Below are positions 1 to 7,127 of a stretch of DNA of 15,939 bases, piece after piece (the first letter of the stretch is position 1; every line of letters begins with the position of its first letter). The stretch is from a virus: positions 1 to 15,939 of the IMG/VR virus record IMGVR_UViG_3300037313_000747, one strand, 5' to 3'. The notes beneath the pieces were generated by a model that was given only the letters and a program-made list of their open reading frames with translations, searched no databases and was not told the DNA's origin. The position numbers and the translations under genes are program-made.

Positions 1-65
1 GCAACGACCCCGACATCGCGCAGATGCTCCTGATCGGTGCCTACCAGAAACCGGCCGTGGGATGA
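1..65 (+). CDS. Head-to-tail adaptor (gp6-like connector), 3-prime end only; duplicate of 15470-15534
   Basis: Same frame and sequence as the end of CDS 15166-15534 (...IGAYQKPAVG stop at 63-65). The stop overlaps the next ATG (ATGA). Confidence 0.7.
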   Translation, partial: NDPDIAQMLLIGAYQKPAVG

Positions 66-448
66 CCACCGTGCAGCTCGACCCGGCCGACCTCGCCGCG
101 CTCCGAACCCTGATCGACGGAGCCGGGGACTTCACCGTCTCCTACGAACCCGCCGACCTCAAGGTGCTGCCCGGCGTCTGGATCAGGGTCGACGCGATCG
201 ACCTGCTGTCCACGCTCGCCGACGGACACACACGGGTTCCGGTGACCCTGCACCTGGTGACCCGCACGAAGCCGATCGAGAAGGCGCTCGGCGACCTGCT
301 GCCGATGCTCGACGCCGTCTGCTCGGTCCTCACCCCGGCCGGCGACGTCACGATCACCGGCGTAGTCCTGCCCGGCTCTCAGACCCCCATGCCCGCGCTG
401 GCCGTGCCGTACGAGCTGCGCACGATCCCCACGGAGGAAGCACCATGA
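62..448 (+). CDS. Head-tail joining / tail terminator-like neck protein (128 aa)
   Basis: ATGA overlap with the adaptor upstream and with the major tail gene downstream. Size and position between adaptor and tail tube fit the call. G/C-rich third codon positions. The function is positional, with no diagnostic motif. Confidence 0.45.
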   Translation: MTTVQLDPADLAALRTLIDGAGDFTVSYEPADLKVLPGVWIRVDAIDLLSTLADGHTRVPVTLHLVTRTKPIEKALGDLLPMLDAVCSVLTPAGDVTITGVVLPGSQTPMPALAVPYELRTIPTEEAP

Positions 449-867
449 CCATCCTGTCCTACAAGCTCGGTCCCGGCACGCTCACGCTCGGCACCGGTCC
501 GCTCGACGCCAGCGCGCAGGTCACCGCGATCCGGGTCGTCCCGGAGGAGTCCGTCGAGACGGCCGAGGCCGTCGACGTCCTGTCCGGCGAGCAGCTCGCC
601 GAGGAGGAGACGGCCTCCTACAAGTACAAGCTGACCGCGACGTTCCTCCAGGACACCCTGGCCGCTGCCGGCCTGGTCGCCTACACCTGGGACAACGCCG
701 GCGCGTCGGTCCCGTTCAAGTTCGCGCCGAACACGCCGCTGGACCGGCAGATCACCGGAACCTTGCGCGTGGTCCCGCTGGAGATTGGCGGCGACGTCAA
801 GAAGCGGAACACGTCCGACTGGTCCGTCTCGATCATCGGGACCCCCGTCCTGGGCGACATTCCGTAA
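445..867 (+). CDS. Major tail (tail tube) protein, 140 aa
   Basis: Real start is ATG 445, in frame with track ORF 37-867, preceded by GGAGGA at 433-438. The upstream 136 residues of the track ORF are Arg/Pro-rich overlap with the previous gene. The sequence pattern (KLGPGTLTLG..., ...ATFLQD..., ...FKFAPN..., ...PLEIGGD...) resembles small actinophage tail tube proteins. It sits upstream of the chaperone and tape measure. Confidence 0.65.
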   Translation: MTILSYKLGPGTLTLGTGPLDASAQVTAIRVVPEESVETAEAVDVLSGEQLAEEETASYKYKLTATFLQDTLAAAGLVAYTWDNAGASVPFKFAPNTPLDRQITGTLRVVPLEIGGDVKKRNTSDWSVSIIGTPVLGDIP

Positions 868-897
868 CCACTGACCCCGACACAACGAGGAGACACG

Positions 898-1104
898 ATG
901 AACGACCAGCAGGGCGGCAATCAGTCGCCGCAGCCGCAGCCCAAGACGGAGACGCCGGCGACGCCGAAGTCCGGCCGTTACGGCGCATTCGACAAGACGC
1001 TGAGCCGGTACGTCGGCGGCGTCCGCGACACGAAGGCCGAGGCCGAGACGATCGCGAAGGGCATCCGCGACGCCGGCCGCAAGGCCGAGGTTCGCGAGGT
1101 CTGA
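898..1104 (+). CDS. Hypothetical 68-aa protein (Gln/Pro-rich N-terminus, basic C-terminal half)
   Basis: GAGGAG at 887-892 lies 5 nt before ATG 898. It fills the gap between the tail tube gene and the gp10-like gene. Codon third positions are G/C-rich. Confidence 0.55.
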   Translation: MNDQQGGNQSPQPQPKTETPATPKSGRYGAFDKTLSRYVGGVRDTKAEAETIAKGIRDAGRKAEVREV

Positions 1105-1110
1105 GCCGCG

Positions 1111-1455
1111 ATGGTGGCGGGCGCAGAGTTGCGGGGTGCGGACCAACTGGTCCGCACCCTCGACGATGCTGCCCGCCACCTTGAGGACCTGACCGACGCC
1201 GAGCGCGAGGCCGGCCAGCTCCTCGCCGACCAGGGCAGCAAGGCCGCACCGCGGCGCACCGGCCGGCTCGCGGAGTCCCACGGCTACACCGTCACCGATA
1301 CCGGCCTGAGCGTCACCGCCGCAACACCGTACGCATCCATCGTCCACGCCCGGAATCCATGGCTGACCCGCACCGTCGGGAACCAGCTCGACCAGGTCGC
1401 GGACATCTACCTGGCCGGCGTCTCCGACGCCCTGGCCGAAGTGAAAGGCATCTAA
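1111..1455 (+). CDS. HK97 gp10-family tail-completion / neck protein (114 aa)
   Basis: The motif block ...AAPRRTGRLAESHGY...GLSVTAATPYASIVHARNPWL... matches the P-x-x-TG-x-L ... PYA-x-x-V signature I associate with the HK97-gp10-like family. The stop abuts the next ATG (TAAATG). Confidence 0.6.
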   Translation: MVAGAELRGADQLVRTLDDAARHLEDLTDAEREAGQLLADQGSKAAPRRTGRLAESHGYTVTDTGLSVTAATPYASIVHARNPWLTRTVGNQLDQVADIYLAGVSDALAEVKGI

Positions 1456-1845
1456 ATGAAGCGCACCGTTCTGACCGCCTACATGCCCTCGGACACCGAC
1501 CCCGCCGGCGAGGTCGAGGAAACCGTGACCGTCCTGCTCGGCGACCAGATGCGCGCCGAGCTGGAGCTTGGCAAGCGCGGGCAGTCCCCGACAACCCACG
1601 GGATCAGCTTCGTTGCCGCCATGGCCTGGGCGGCGCTCGCGCGTGAGGGTCGGACCACGCTGGCGTTCCCGGAGTTCGCCGCCCAGTGCTTCGACGTCGC
1701 GCGGCAGAGCGATGAGGACGCGCCCGACGTGGACCCTACCCGACCGGCAGTGTCGACCGACTCTGTCTCCAGCTCTCCATCCTCATCCCCGGCACCGGTC
1801 CCGACTGGTGGCGAGCCCGCATCGCCGCCGGCGACGACCGTCTGA
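1456..1845 (+). CDS. Tail assembly chaperone (129 aa) with a Ser/Pro-rich tail
   Basis: Immediately upstream of the tape measure. The ...GDQMRAELELGKRG...AAMAWAALAREGRTTLAFPEFAAQCFDV... pattern is typical of actinophage tail assembly chaperones. Confidence 0.6.
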   Translation: MKRTVLTAYMPSDTDPAGEVEETVTVLLGDQMRAELELGKRGQSPTTHGISFVAAMAWAALAREGRTTLAFPEFAAQCFDVARQSDEDAPDVDPTRPAVSTDSVSSSPSSSPAPVPTGGEPASPPATTV

Positions 1846-1886
1846 TCGCGACCGCCCTCGACCTGCACAGTAAGGACTGACCACCA

Positions 1887-2987
1887 ATGTCCACCCGGAC
1901 CGCCGCCCTCGCCGTCGACGTCGTCTCCGACGTGAACGACGCTGTGTCCGGGCTCGGCAACGTCGGCGACGCCTCCCGCGGCGCGAGCACCGACGTCGCG
2001 CGGATGGGTCGCGAGGCCGAGGAGTCCGCCCGCCGGCTGAACATCACCGCCGATTCGGCCGACGAGCTGGGCGGCAAGGCCGGCAAGGCGACCGGCGCGC
2101 TCGGCGCGCTCTCCTCCGGTTTCGAGCTGCTCGGTCCCAAGGGCGCGGCCGCTGCGACCGGCCTCCAGTCGGCGGCGCTCGCCACCGATTTTTTCTCCGG
2201 TGTCGGCGACTCGCTGAACCTGGTCATGGAATCGACCATCGTCAAGACCACGCTGGCGAAAGCCGCGGCCGTCGGGCACGGGATCGCGACCAAGGCGTCC
2301 GCGGCCGCGACTGGGATCATGACCGGCGCACAGTGGGCGCTGAACGCCGCCATGTCGGCGAACCCGATCGTGCTGATTGTGATCGGCCTCGCCGCCCTCG
2401 CCGCCGGCATGGTCCTCGCCTACAAGAAATCCGAGACGGTCCGCACCATCCTGAAGGCCGTAGGGCGCGCCGGACAGGAGTCGGTCGGCTGGATCGTGGA
2501 CAGGGTCCGCGACCTGACCGGCTGGTTCCGCGACAAGCTGCCCGGCGGGCTCCGCGGCGCGCAGACCGCGGCCTCGGTCGCGTTCGCCGTCATGACCGCC
2601 GGACCGCGGACCCTCATCGCCGTTGTCACGCACGCGGACGACGCGGTCAGGAAGCTGCCCGCGGCATTCGAGTCGGCCAAGCGCAAGGCCGGCGCGATCG
2701 CCGGCGCTCTGACCAAGCCGTTCCGGGACCTGTGGAACCTGGTTGACGACATCGTCGACAAAATCGACGACATCGATATCCCGAGCCTGGGCGACCTCAA
2801 CCCGTTCGCCCGGACCGCCGGCTCAACCTCCGGTTTCGTCAGCGGTCGGACCGTCGTCGAGGTTCAGGGCGGACCGACGTACAACTACACGTTCAACCTT
2901 AACGGGCTGCTGACCGACGACGAGGCAGCCGACTTCATCCGCGAGCTGCTCGACCGGCGCGCCCGTCAGCTCGGGCTGGCCGCATGA
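1887..2987 (+). CDS. Tape measure protein, unusually short (366 aa)
   Basis: Ala/Gly-rich helical protein with a central hydrophobic segment (NPIVLIVIGLAALAAGMVLAY). Position is after the chaperone and before the tail-tip genes. ATGA overlap with the next gene. Confidence 0.8.
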   Translation: MSTRTAALAVDVVSDVNDAVSGLGNVGDASRGASTDVARMGREAEESARRLNITADSADELGGKAGKATGALGALSSGFELLGPKGAAAATGLQSAALATDFFSGVGDSLNLVMESTIVKTTLAKAAAVGHGIATKASAAATGIMTGAQWALNAAMSANPIVLIVIGLAALAAGMVLAYKKSETVRTILKAVGRAGQESVGWIVDRVRDLTGWFRDKLPGGLRGAQTAASVAFAVMTAGPRTLIAVVTHADDAVRKLPAAFESAKRKAGAIAGALTKPFRDLWNLVDDIVDKIDDIDIPSLGDLNPFARTAGSTSGFVSGRTVVEVQGGPTYNYTFNLNGLLTDDEAADFIRELLDRRARQLGLAA

Positions 2988-4468
2988 GCCTGCCGGTCAC
3001 CGATCCGTACTACCGCGTCGAGGTCGACGCCGGCCCGTACTCCTGGGTCACCGAGAAGGGCGACCCGGCCGGCTACGGGCTGGCCGACCCGCTGCGGGTC
3101 GGCTGGTCGCTGCCCGGAAACAACCCGTTGTTCCATGCCCAGCCGGACCCGATGACCGCCTCGTTCAGCGTGATCGCCGCGACAGCGGCCGACCTAGCCG
3201 GCCTGCTCCGCGGCGCTGAGGTTGCGATCCGGGTCTATGGCTGGCCGCCGGGCACCGACAACCCGCACGCCGAGCCGACCGACCTCGACCCGGTCGACTA
3301 CCCGCCCATCGTCATTTTCCGTGGCCGGGTCGCCGACGCGACCGCGTCGCCGCACAAGCTCGGCATGATCGCCACCTACTCCTGTGTTGACTACACCGTC
3401 GATCTGGCCGAGGCCACCATCGGCGCCGGCGACTGGCCGCAGGAGGGCAACAACGCCCGGTTCGCGCGCATGTTCAACGAGGCCGGCGTGCTGGCCCCGG
3501 CCGAGCTGTTTCCCGGGAACTATTTCTTCACGTCGTTCCTGCTGAACGCCCGGACCGCGTCCCCGACCGACGCCCGCTCGGCGATCTGGCAGCTAGTCGA
3601 CTGGACCACCGACGACCAGGACATTCCGTTCGGCAACTACTACGCCATGCAGACCAACTACGCCGCCGGCTACCTCGACGGCGATGTCCCGGACCCGCTG
3701 GAGCCCTACGTCGTGCCGGTGCAGACCACGCACCTGCACACCGGCGACGCCGGCGAAGCCCCGCGGCTGCCGGCCGTGCTGGCGATCACCCAACCCGGCA
3801 AGTACGGCGTGGACATTGTCGAGCACGCCGACCGGCGCGCCGCGGTCATCAACGCCGATCACGTCGACTTCAAAGCGGTCTGGTCGCAGAGCAAGCGCAC
3901 CGACCCGGACACCGTCACCGTGACCGGCGTGTTCGACGACGGGACGACCTCGTACACCGCCGCCGAGCCGGACGCGGTCCCGATCGCGGCGTCGTTCGCG
4001 ATCGACGTCCGTGAATCGTCGGTCGCTCAGCCGTTCGCTCGGGCCAACCTGTCCGCGGCCGACTCCGACAACTGGGTTGCGGACAGCTTCACCTGGTATG
4101 CCGATCAGGACCCGTGGCCGATGATCGCCGACGGCCTCTGGTTCATCGAAGGCATGCACGTCCTGGCCTCCCGCTACCCGGTCGTCGTCGAGGGCATCGA
4201 CGCCGCCAAGAATCCCAGCGGCCTCGACTGGTACGCCGGCCGGCTCAAGTCGGCGACCTTCGTGCTCGCCAAAGGCCGCTACACCGTGACGTTCCAGCTC
4301 CTCCGCTCGCTGCTGCGCCCGCAGGTGTTCGACTCCAGCATCCCCGCCGCCGGCGTCGGAACGCTCGCCTGGGACGACCTCGACGCCGCCCCGCTCACCA
4401 CCGTTGCTTGGTCCGCCCTCGACCCGGCCTTTACCTGGTTCGACGCCCGACTCCTGAGGAGCCCCTGA
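2984..4468 (+). CDS. Minor tail protein (494 aa; distal tail/tip component)
   Basis: Directly follows the tape measure with ATGA coupling. It is the largest tail-tip ORF. No enzymatic motif was recognised. Confidence 0.65.
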   Translation: MSLPVTDPYYRVEVDAGPYSWVTEKGDPAGYGLADPLRVGWSLPGNNPLFHAQPDPMTASFSVIAATAADLAGLLRGAEVAIRVYGWPPGTDNPHAEPTDLDPVDYPPIVIFRGRVADATASPHKLGMIATYSCVDYTVDLAEATIGAGDWPQEGNNARFARMFNEAGVLAPAELFPGNYFFTSFLLNARTASPTDARSAIWQLVDWTTDDQDIPFGNYYAMQTNYAAGYLDGDVPDPLEPYVVPVQTTHLHTGDAGEAPRLPAVLAITQPGKYGVDIVEHADRRAAVINADHVDFKAVWSQSKRTDPDTVTVTGVFDDGTTSYTAAEPDAVPIAASFAIDVRESSVAQPFARANLSAADSDNWVADSFTWYADQDPWPMIADGLWFIEGMHVLASRYPVVVEGIDAAKNPSGLDWYAGRLKSATFVLAKGRYTVTFQLLRSLLRPQVFDSSIPAAGVGTLAWDDLDAAPLTTVAWSALDPAFTWFDARLLRSP

Positions 4469-4851
4469 TGCCCAGCACCACGACCAACCGCGCCCTACCG
4501 ATCCCGCTGGACACCGACCCGTTCGCCGACGGCGCGAAGGCAACCCGCGACCTCGCCAACGCCCTTGACACCAACTTCGAGGCGTTCCTCGTCACGCTGG
4601 TAGTCGCCGCCGGGACGACGTTCCAGTCGAAAAACATCGTGTTCCCGGTCGCGTTCCCGGCCGGCACCACACCCGCGGTCGTGTGTCAGGTCGGCTCGAC
4701 CGCCGTCACGGCGGGCTACTTCGCCGACGCTTACAGCGTCACCAACACCGGATGCACGATCCGCGTCGACAAGCTGGTCGGCGCTGCGCCGGGCTCAAAC
4801 GTGACCGTTCAGGTTGGCGTCATGGTCGCCAAGTCTCAGGCCTCGTTGTGA
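4468..4851 (+). CDS. Small minor tail / tail fibre-like protein (127 aa), candidate receptor-binding protein
   Basis: Start is ATG 4468 (TGATG overlap, GAGGAG at 4456-4461), in frame with track ORF 4114-4851. The N-terminal TTNRALPIPLDTDPFADGAKATRDLANALD resembles the conserved N-terminus of actinophage fibre / minor tail proteins. The C-terminal part looks like a small beta-rich domain. Confidence 0.55.
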   Translation: MPSTTTNRALPIPLDTDPFADGAKATRDLANALDTNFEAFLVTLVVAAGTTFQSKNIVFPVAFPAGTTPAVVCQVGSTAVTAGYFADAYSVTNTGCTIRVDKLVGAAPGSNVTVQVGVMVAKSQASL

Positions 4852-4854
4852 GCT

Positions 4855-5166
4855 ATGGAGGCTCTCGGGTGGGCGGCAGCCGCGGCCGCGGGCATCGCCG
4901 GATTCATCTACCTCGCGCGCGTCGTGCTCTACATCGCCCGATCGATCGAGGCCGTCCGGCACCTGGTCCAGCGCGAGCTGGAGCACAACCACGGGTCATC
5001 GATGAAGGACGACGTTCACGGCATGGCGGTCGCGATCGGCCAGCTACAGCGCGACCGCGACGACGACCGCCGGCGGCTCAGTCGAGCCCTACGGCTGGCA
5101 GCCAAGCACCACCCGGAGGACGCCTGGCTCTACCTCGACAGCCCCGACGAAAGGAAACCTAGATGA
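4855..5166 (+). CDS. Membrane protein with one N-terminal TM helix (103 aa), possibly DUF2746-like; lysis-cassette associated
   Basis: N-terminal hydrophobic segment WAAAAAAGIAGFIYLARVVLYIA, then an ELEHNHGSSMKDDV motif reminiscent of an actinophage membrane-protein family. ATGA overlap with the amidase gene. Confidence 0.55.
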   Translation: MEALGWAAAAAAGIAGFIYLARVVLYIARSIEAVRHLVQRELEHNHGSSMKDDVHGMAVAIGQLQRDRDDDRRRLSRALRLAAKHHPEDAWLYLDSPDERKPR

Positions 5167-5825
5167 CCGCCACGTTCCCGCCGCCCAGTCCGGTGCGGAT
5201 CCTCACCGACAAGCACGGCGGTCCGCAGACCCCGACGCTGGTGGTCATGCACGCCACCGTCAGCCCGACCCGCGCCGGCATGGCGCGCGCGATCGCGCGC
5301 ATGTTCCGCGACTCCGACCGGGACAGCTCGGCGCATTACGTCGTCGACGAGGCCGAGGTTATCCAGTGCGTCGGCGATCACCGGATCGCCTGGCACTGCG
5401 GTTACAACGCCGACTCGCTCGCGATCGAGATGTGCTTTATGCCGCTGCTCGACTCGCTGCGAAACTGGCTGCTCCCCGCCGACCAGCGCACCGGCGACAA
5501 GGTCGGCACGCACGCCCGGATCATCCCGCTTCGCTGGCTCCAGCCGGCTCCGCGGCGCATGTTCCGGCGCTCGGTGAACTTGGCCGGCGACCTGTGTCTG
5601 TCCTACGGCATTCGGCCGCGCTACATCGGCGTCCGGAAGGTGCGCGCCTGGGACGCTGCCGGCCGGCCGGCGGCGCTGGGCGGGATCACGACGCATGCGG
5701 TCATGACGAAGGCGTTCCGCCGATCGACGCACTGGGACCCCGGCGCGTGGCCTCGACGCCTGTTCATCCGCCGTGTCCGCCGGCACGTCGAGGCCCGTCG
5801 GGCTGCTGTCGAGGCCGCGGCATGA
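5163..5825 (+). CDS. Endolysin, N-acetylmuramoyl-L-alanine amidase (Amidase_2/PGRP-type), 220 aa
   Basis: Motifs VVMHAT..., SAHYVVDE..., IAWHCGYNADSLAIEM and ...GITTHAVMT...STHWDPG fit the zinc amidase_2 pattern. It is flanked by membrane-protein genes. Confidence 0.8.
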   Translation: MTATFPPPSPVRILTDKHGGPQTPTLVVMHATVSPTRAGMARAIARMFRDSDRDSSAHYVVDEAEVIQCVGDHRIAWHCGYNADSLAIEMCFMPLLDSLRNWLLPADQRTGDKVGTHARIIPLRWLQPAPRRMFRRSVNLAGDLCLSYGIRPRYIGVRKVRAWDAAGRPAALGGITTHAVMTKAFRRSTHWDPGAWPRRLFIRRVRRHVEARRAAVEAAA

Positions 5826-6043
5826 GGGCCCGCACGAAGCGCTACCTGCGCCGCCTCGCCGTCCGCGGCGTCAAGACGTTCGCTCAGACCCTCGCCGGCG
5901 TGCTCACCGCGGCCGGCACCGGCCTGATCGATACCGACTGGACCGGCGCGCTGTCCGCGTCCGGCATGGCCGGCCTGATCGCCGTGCTGATGAACGTCGG
6001 CGACAGCGGTCCCGACGGGTCCGGACAGGACCAGGGCGGCTGA
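5822..6043 (+). CDS. Holin, r1t-like (73 aa)
   Basis: Start is ATG 5822 (ATGA overlap with the endolysin stop), in frame with track ORF 5366-6043. RGVKTFAQTLAGVLTAAG...DW...ALSASGMAGLIAVLMNV matches the r1t-type holin pattern common in actinophages. Confidence 0.7.
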   Translation: MRARTKRYLRRLAVRGVKTFAQTLAGVLTAAGTGLIDTDWTGALSASGMAGLIAVLMNVGDSGPDGSGQDQGG

Positions 6044-6222
6044 CACTCCGGGACCATGTAGAACGGCTGCCGGTGAGGCTGGTCCTCATCGGCAGCCGCT
6101 TGCTTGTCCAGCGCCGGGTATGCGAGCACGACCAGGACCGCGCCGAGCTTGCAGAACGACCACGCCCAATCGAGCAGGAAGTCCCGCCGCGACCGCGCCG
6201 CCGGCACCGGCCCGAGCCTCAT
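5884..6222 (-). CDS. Questionable ORF translationally coupled to the int stop (112 aa; basic N-terminus plus one TM helix)
   Basis: ATG at 6222 overlaps the int stop (ATGA). The first ~40 codons (6099-6222) have nearly all G/C third positions in a stretch no other gene covers, and encode RSRRDFLLDWAWSFCKLGAVLVVLAYPAL. However, the ORF runs through the terminator hairpin and 160 nt antisense into the holin gene. Confidence 0.25.
   Translation of the reverse strand: MRLGPVPAARSRRDFLLDWAWSFCKLGAVLVVLAYPALDKQAAADEDQPHRQPFYMVPECQPPWSCPDPSGPLSPTFISTAIRPAMPDADSAPVQSVSIRPVPAAVSTPARV
6064..6098. terminator. Strong hairpin between the convergent lysis and integrase transcription units (candidate bidirectional intrinsic terminator)
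   Basis: 6064-6078 pairs with 6084-6098 (15 bp, one G-U on the plus-strand RNA, 5-nt loop CTGGT), followed by CTTGCTTGT on the plus strand. It lies 21 nt after the holin stop. Confidence 0.6.
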
Positions 6223-7127
6223 GCGACGAGGGTCGCCGCGCGCGCGGCCGAACGGATCGCATCGTCGGGCATCGCCACGTACCGCTGTGTCGTCTCCGGT
6301 CTGGAGTGGCCGAGCAGCGCGCCGACGGCGAGCAGATCGCGGGTCGCGGCATAGGCCACCGAGGCGCACCGATGCCGCAATGTGTGCGCCGTCCAGCCGT
6401 CCGGCAACGCGCGGGACAGCAGCCGCGAGACGTGGCCCGGTGTCAGGTGCGACCCGTGGCCGTTCGGGAACGCCCAGCCGTCGAGGAGCTGGAGCCGCGC
6501 GAGGAGCCGGCCGTCGACGACCGGCACCGCGCGCACCTTGCCGCCCTTGCCGTGCACGACCAGCTCGTCGCCGACCAGGTCGCGCGCGTGCACGCGGGCA
6601 ATCTCGGCGGCGCGGAGCCCGCCGAACGCGGCAAGCATGCCCATCAGCCCGATTCGCGGGTCCGGGTCCGCGAGGAGCTGGCGCACGACGTGCTCGGGTG
6701 CCGGTCGCGGCCGGCCGGCCGGCACCCGCACCGAGTCCAGCCGCGCCGATGGGTCGTCATCGATATGCCCGGCTCCGTGCGCCCAGCGGTAGAAGCTACG
6801 CACCGCCGAGCGCGCTGACTTGCGTGTCTCCGGTGCCCAGTGCTCGGCGGCGAGGAAGGCTTGCAGGTCAGCGGTCTGCACCGCGCACGGGTCCGGATGC
6901 AGGTCGCGCAGCCGGGCCAGATAGTGGCGGTGTAGCCGGATAGTGCCGGGCGAGCGTCCCGCCGCCCTCATCGCCTGGTCATAGAGCACCAGCATTGCCG
7001 CCCAAGCGAACGGCGCTGCGGCGAGTCCCGAGCTGATCGCTGCACGCATGGGCGCAGGGTACGCGCCAGTCTCGTATTTCGCACGAAAAGTCCGAATATC
7101 GACGACCGGCCGACCGCGGCTGCTCAC
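6219..7127 (-). CDS. int: Tyrosine integrase / XerC-D-like site-specific recombinase (302 aa from GTG 7127; alternative ATG at 7049)
   Basis: C-terminal catalytic block ...HTLRHRCASVAYAATRDLLAVGALLGHSRPETTQRYV (H-x-x-R ... H ... Y) and an upstream ...GGLRAAEIARV... Arg box. The GTGA overlap with the repressor stop argues for the 7127 start. The protein ends ...AARAATLVA. Confidence 0.9.
   Translation of the reverse strand: MSSRGRPVVDIRTFRAKYETGAYPAPMRAAISSGLAAAPFAWAAMLVLYDQAMRAAGRSPGTIRLHRHYLARLRDLHPDPCAVQTADLQAFLAAEHWAPETRKSARSAVRSFYRWAHGAGHIDDDPSARLDSVRVPAGRPRPAPEHVVRQLLADPDPRIGLMGMLAAFGGLRAAEIARVHARDLVGDELVVHGKGGKVRAVPVVDGRLLARLQLLDGWAFPNGHGSHLTPGHVSRLLSRALPDGWTAHTLRHRCASVAYAATRDLLAVGALLGHSRPETTQRYVAMPDDAIRSAARAATLVA

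Larger units (their letters stand above)
1..470. repeat. Terminal direct repeat, copy 1 (identical to 15470-15939). The window wraps a 15,469-bp circular or permuted unit.
   Basis: Base 1 aligns with base 15470. ORFs 62-448 and 15531-15917 translate identically, as do 41-253(-) and 15510-15722(-). Both repeat boundaries fall inside genes. Confidence 0.97.

Noticed and set aside
37-444. Upstream extensions of track ORFs (37-867, 4114-4851, 5366-6043, 7731-8192, 7786-8100, 9113-10063, 10633-12219, 11673-12410, 14443-15534)
   Set aside because: The extensions overlap the preceding gene out of frame and are Arg/Pro-rich. In each case an internal ATG with an SD or a stop-start overlap marks the sensible start.
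1-470. The 470-bp terminal repeat as a genuine virion direct terminal repeat (T7-like) or as two distinct genomic loci
   Set aside because: The repeat boundaries cut through the adaptor and tail tube genes, so they look arbitrary, consistent with circular assembly or wrap-around. The HNH-terS pairing suggests cos ends located elsewhere. Read mapping would settle it.
379-1599. Long minus-strand ORFs (379-1599, 1479-2633, 3593-4543, 5130-5786, 10710-11465, 11359-12240, 12754-13581, 13994-15133)
   Set aside because: These are typical shadow ORFs of high-G+C DNA. They lie antisense to well-supported plus-strand structural genes and translate to Arg/Gly/Pro/Ala-rich low-complexity strings with no motifs. 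They have no SD sequences or coupling.
1568-1873. Alternative-frame ORF at the end of the chaperone gene as the T part of a G/GT frameshift product
   Set aside because: It is in the wrong frame for a -1 shift. Its translation is Arg/Pro-rich junk, and no slippery site was found.
2752-2770. Palindrome TCGTCGA-CAAAA-TCGACGA in the tape measure gene as a further operator copy
   Set aside because: It has a different half-site (TCGACGA rather than TCGC/GCGA) and spacer length. It coincides with repeated Asp/Ile/Val codons (IVDKIDD), so it is plausibly a coding by-product.
6104-6943. Plus-strand ORFs 6104-6943 and 6120-6818 (279 and 232 aa)
   Set aside because: They lie antisense to the clearly motif-bearing integrase gene. 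They are extremely Arg/Ala/Pro-rich, and one uses a TTG start.
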